From assembly GCA_963695555.1 (NCBI GenBank), contig CAVOGR010000007.1, positions 64,001-128,000 on the forward strand: a DNA stretch of 64,000 bases, in the 5' to 3' direction. The DNA comes from an uncultured Gemmatimonadales bacterium. GTDB taxonomy: Bacteria; Gemmatimonadota; Gemmatimonadetes; Gemmatimonadales; GWC2-71-9. The notes below the pieces were generated by a model. That model was given only the letters and a program-made list of their open reading frames with translations, had not been told where the DNA came from and searched no databases. Position 1 is the first letter of the stretch. Each line of letters begins with the position of its first letter. Both the position numbers and the translations under genes were made by a program. Of the stretch, positions 61,355 through 64,000 are shown piece by piece.

Positions 61355-62126
61355 CCAGCACCACCATCCCACCTGCGATCAATAGCAGACACATCCACTG
61401 CGACGTCGAGAGCAGATCGTTTGCTGCGGCGCCTCCCCCAGCCGGATCGCGCAGGAACTCCCAGGGAAAGCGGGTGGCGCCGTAGATCAGCAGGAACGAC
61501 CCAAAGGTGACGCCGGGCCGGTCGCGCCAGCGCCGCCAGATCGCGGTCACGATCAGGAACACCACCAGACCGTTCACCAACAGGTACAGCTGGAACGGAT
61601 GGACCGCGAGCGACGCCTCGGCGGTGGGTGGGAGTAGTCCGGCAGCGACGTGGGCCTGATACGGCAGGCTCCCGGCTGGAAACTGCACCGCCCACGCCAC
61701 GTCGCTCACCCTCCCGAAGTCATCCCCTTTGAGGAAGCAGCTCCACCGCGCGATGAACGGCCCGAGCGCCACCACCGACCCGGCCGTGTCCAGATACGGC
61801 CAGACTGGAATTCGGCTGAACCCGGTGTAGACCACGGTCCCGATGATCCCGCCGAGGTAGGCGCCCCAGGAGGCGGTGCCGCGGGAGAGGTTGAACCAGG
61901 AGGGAACATCGAGCCGGAGGACGTCGCCCGTGGTGATCAGGTAGAAGAGCCGGGTGCCGATGACTGCGCCGACAGCGGCCGAGAGCACGATCTCGAGCGC
62001 CCGCTGGTGGTCGAGGCCGGCGATCCTCGCGCGGCGGAGAAACACAAACGTCAGGATCACCAAGGCGATCCCGTACATGAGGCCCGGCCGGGGCACCAGC
62101 TGGGCGAGCCAGTCGAAGTCCGGCAC
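61299..62126 (-). CDS. lgt: Prolipoprotein diacylglyceryl transferase family protein
   Basis: IGTRLFY, YLD, ARWSCFLKGDDFGR, WAVQFP, VHPFQLY, YGATRFPWEFLR, STSQW. Divergent paralog type. Confidence 0.78.
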   Translation of the reverse strand: MPDFDWLAQLVPRPGLMYGIALVILTFVFLRRARIAGLDHQRALEIVLSAAVGAVIGTRLFYLITTGDVLRLDVPSWFNLSRGTASWGAYLGGIIGTVVYTGFSRIPVWPYLDTAGSVVALGPFIARWSCFLKGDDFGRVSDVAWAVQFPAGSLPYQAHVAAGLLPPTAEASLAVHPFQLYLLVNGLVVFLIVTAIWRRWRDRPGVTFGSFLLIYGATRFPWEFLRDPAGGGAAANDLLSTSQWMCLLLIAGGMVVLATGTKRKSLAAHSTAPAP

Positions 62127-62289
62127 CTTCCAGATATTGCATGATGGTCGGGCGCATGGTACGTCAGCTCCCAGGGGCGCTCACTGCCTATCCTAGCGCG
62201 CCTTGGCGACTCATGGATAGGTTGTCACGGAATGATGACCTGGCTTGCCGCCAAGGTACACCGTGGTCGTCAAAAATACAGCAAGGCCA

Positions 62290-63243
62290 ATGCAAGCACT
62301 CTGGCTCGACAAGCAGCACCTGACCCTTCGGGATGATATCCCCCGGCCCAAGCCACCCAGGGGCGAGGCGCTAGTCCGGGTGCTCCGGGCCGGCATCTGC
62401 AACACCGATCTGGAATTGGTGCGGGGCTACTACCCTTACAAGGGCATTCTGGGACACGAGTTTGTGGGTTTGGTCGAAGCGGGCCCAGAGGAGTTAGTCG
62501 GCAGTAGGGTGGTAGGGGAGATCAATGCCGTGTGTCACCAATGCCGCGCGTGCCGCGAGGGCCGCCCGACCCATTGCGCGCACCGCACGGTCTTAGGGAT
62601 AGTGAATCGAGACGGCGCCTTCGCCGATTATCTCACGCTCCCAATTGAAAATCTGCACCCGGTGCCCGACCAGGTCTCGACCGATGCTGCGATCTTCACC
62701 GAGCCGCTCGCGGCGGCGCTCGAGATCCAAGAGCAGATCGCCGTTACCACCGACGACCATGTGCTGGTAGTGGGCGACGGGAAGCTGGGTCAGCTGATCG
62801 CGCAGACGCTGGCGCTCACCGGCTGCGAGCTCCTAGTGGTGGGCCGGCACCCGGACAAGCTCGACCGCTTGGAACAGCGCGGCATCCGGACCGGCCTGAC
62901 CGATCGGGTGGAGCCCGGCCGCCACGATATCGCGGTCGAGTGCACCGGCAACCCGGACGGTTTCACCCTGGCCCAGCAGGCGCTCCGGCCCCGCGGTACG
63001 CTGGTCATGAAGAGCACCTATGCTGGGCAGCTGACCTTCGATGCCTCGGCGGTCGTGGTCAATGAGATCACGCTGGTGGGATCGCGCTGCGGGCCGTTCC
63101 CTCCAGCGCTCAGACTCTTGGCCGAACACCGTGTGGACGTCCTTCCACTCATCGAAGCGCGCTACCCATTGAGCGAAGGGCTCGCCGCGATGGAGCACGC
63201 CGCCCGGAAGGGGACGATGAAGGTGGTGCTGACGATGGAGTGA
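62290..63243 (+). CDS. Zn-dependent MDR-family alcohol dehydrogenase
   Basis: GICNTD, GHEFVG, C..C..C.......C structural Zn site, EPLAAA, VVGDGKLG, GSRCGPF. Confidence 0.92.
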   Translation: MQALWLDKQHLTLRDDIPRPKPPRGEALVRVLRAGICNTDLELVRGYYPYKGILGHEFVGLVEAGPEELVGSRVVGEINAVCHQCRACREGRPTHCAHRTVLGIVNRDGAFADYLTLPIENLHPVPDQVSTDAAIFTEPLAAALEIQEQIAVTTDDHVLVVGDGKLGQLIAQTLALTGCELLVVGRHPDKLDRLEQRGIRTGLTDRVEPGRHDIAVECTGNPDGFTLAQQALRPRGTLVMKSTYAGQLTFDASAVVVNEITLVGSRCGPFPPALRLLAEHRVDVLPLIEARYPLSEGLAAMEHAARKGTMKVVLTME

Positions 63244-63315
63244 TGGTGAGCTAGTTGCCAGTCTCTGGTCGCTAGTCTCTAGTCTCGGTTCTCCTTACTC
63301 CACTACCCTCGAAGC

Positions 63316-63433
63316 TGTCATCCCGAGCGAAGCGAGGGATCTCCTCAACGGTTCCCCGAACGCGGCCCGCCATGCGGCTCCCCGACCATGCGTTAATGAG
63401 ATCCCTCGGGCACTTCGTGCCCTCGGGATGACA
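63316..63433. repeat. REP/MITE-like palindromic element
   Basis: Terminal inverted repeats TGTCATCCCGAG...CTCGGGATGACA, inner CGAGGGATCTC/GAGATCCCTCG, and a GGGCAC-TTC-GTGCCC hairpin. Lies between convergent genes. Confidence 0.85.
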
Positions 63434-63476
63434 ATTGGAGGAATGATCGACCTCCTCACTCCTCACTCCTCACTCC

Positions 63477-64000
63477 TTACTCCTCACTTCCCTCCAGTTC
63501 CCCGCACAGGGCGGCCAGCACCGCTCGCCGCACTTCCCGGCCGCGAGCGCCACGCCCCTTCATGTGCTTCTGATTCACCTCCACCTCGATCCCGAGATAA
63601 GCCGACGGGGAAAACCGGGTTCGTAGGTACTTCGTGAGGCCGTCGGTGTTGCCCCGGTAGGGATAATTCCGGCGCACGACGATCCGGGAACTCATGCCGC
63701 CGATCACCTGCTGGATGGCTTTACAGAACGATACTTCGAGCCGGCGTGCGGGATCGTATAGGAGGCCGACGTCCGCCGTGCGGGTGACACCGTGAGGACG
63801 AGGGGTGAAGCTATGCACGCTCAGGTGCACCACCCGTCGACCGTGGCCGGCCAGTCGCGCGATGCGGCCCTCGAGTTCGGTGCGGAAGGGGACGTAGTAC
63901 CGCTCGAGCACCAGGGCGCGCTCATCGGGCGTGAGACAGCGGGAGAACTCGGAGAACAGGCGCGGGTGGTGCGGTGAGCGGTTGAGCTCGACCAACAGTC
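63477..64000 (-). CDS. N-formylglutamate amidohydrolase (5' part outside the window)
   Basis: LVELNRS, YYVPFR, HLSVHSFTP, DVGLLYDP, RNYPY.G, GIEVEVNQ. Confidence 0.88.
   Translation of the reverse strand, partial: LLVELNRSPHHPRLFSEFSRCLTPDERALVLERYYVPFRTELEGRIARLAGHGRRVVHLSVHSFTPRPHGVTRTADVGLLYDPARRLEVSFCKAIQQVIGGMSSRIVVRRNYPYRGNTDGLTKYLRTRFSPSAYLGIEVEVNQKHMKGRGARGREVRRAVLAALCGELEGSEE

Overview
GC-rich bacterial chromosomal window. The gene repertoire (Hanks kinase-TolB-TPR proteins, Big_2-RCC1 lipoproteins, LVIVD/DUF305 pair, glycine-zipper secreted proteins) suggests Gemmatimonadota; this is inference. It holds about 55 mostly accessory CDSs covering transport, redox and Mo-hydroxylases, glycan modification and signalling. 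There is a five-tRNA cluster (His, Trp, Glu, Glu, Lys) at 52.3-53.0 kb. I found no rRNA, CRISPR array, integrase or transposase. Many genes at about 27.3, 42-51.9 and 60-61 kb are broken, mostly by single-base insertions where the lesion can be pinpointed, most likely sequencing or assembly errors. Four items stand out. (1) Two copies of the tRNA-Lys 3' end, each carrying the same palindromic insert in the T-loop, bracket a 4.1-kb integrase-less islet. (2) A minimal orphan contractile-injection-system module (tube, tube initiator, and an inverted sheath C-terminal domain only). (3) A MauG/BthA-type di-heme enzyme that keeps the Tyr ligand but lacks the bridging Trp, co-transcribed with a small secreted partner. 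(4) An ECF43-type sigma factor convergent with its likely cognate kinase. Family names come from motif recognition, not database searches.
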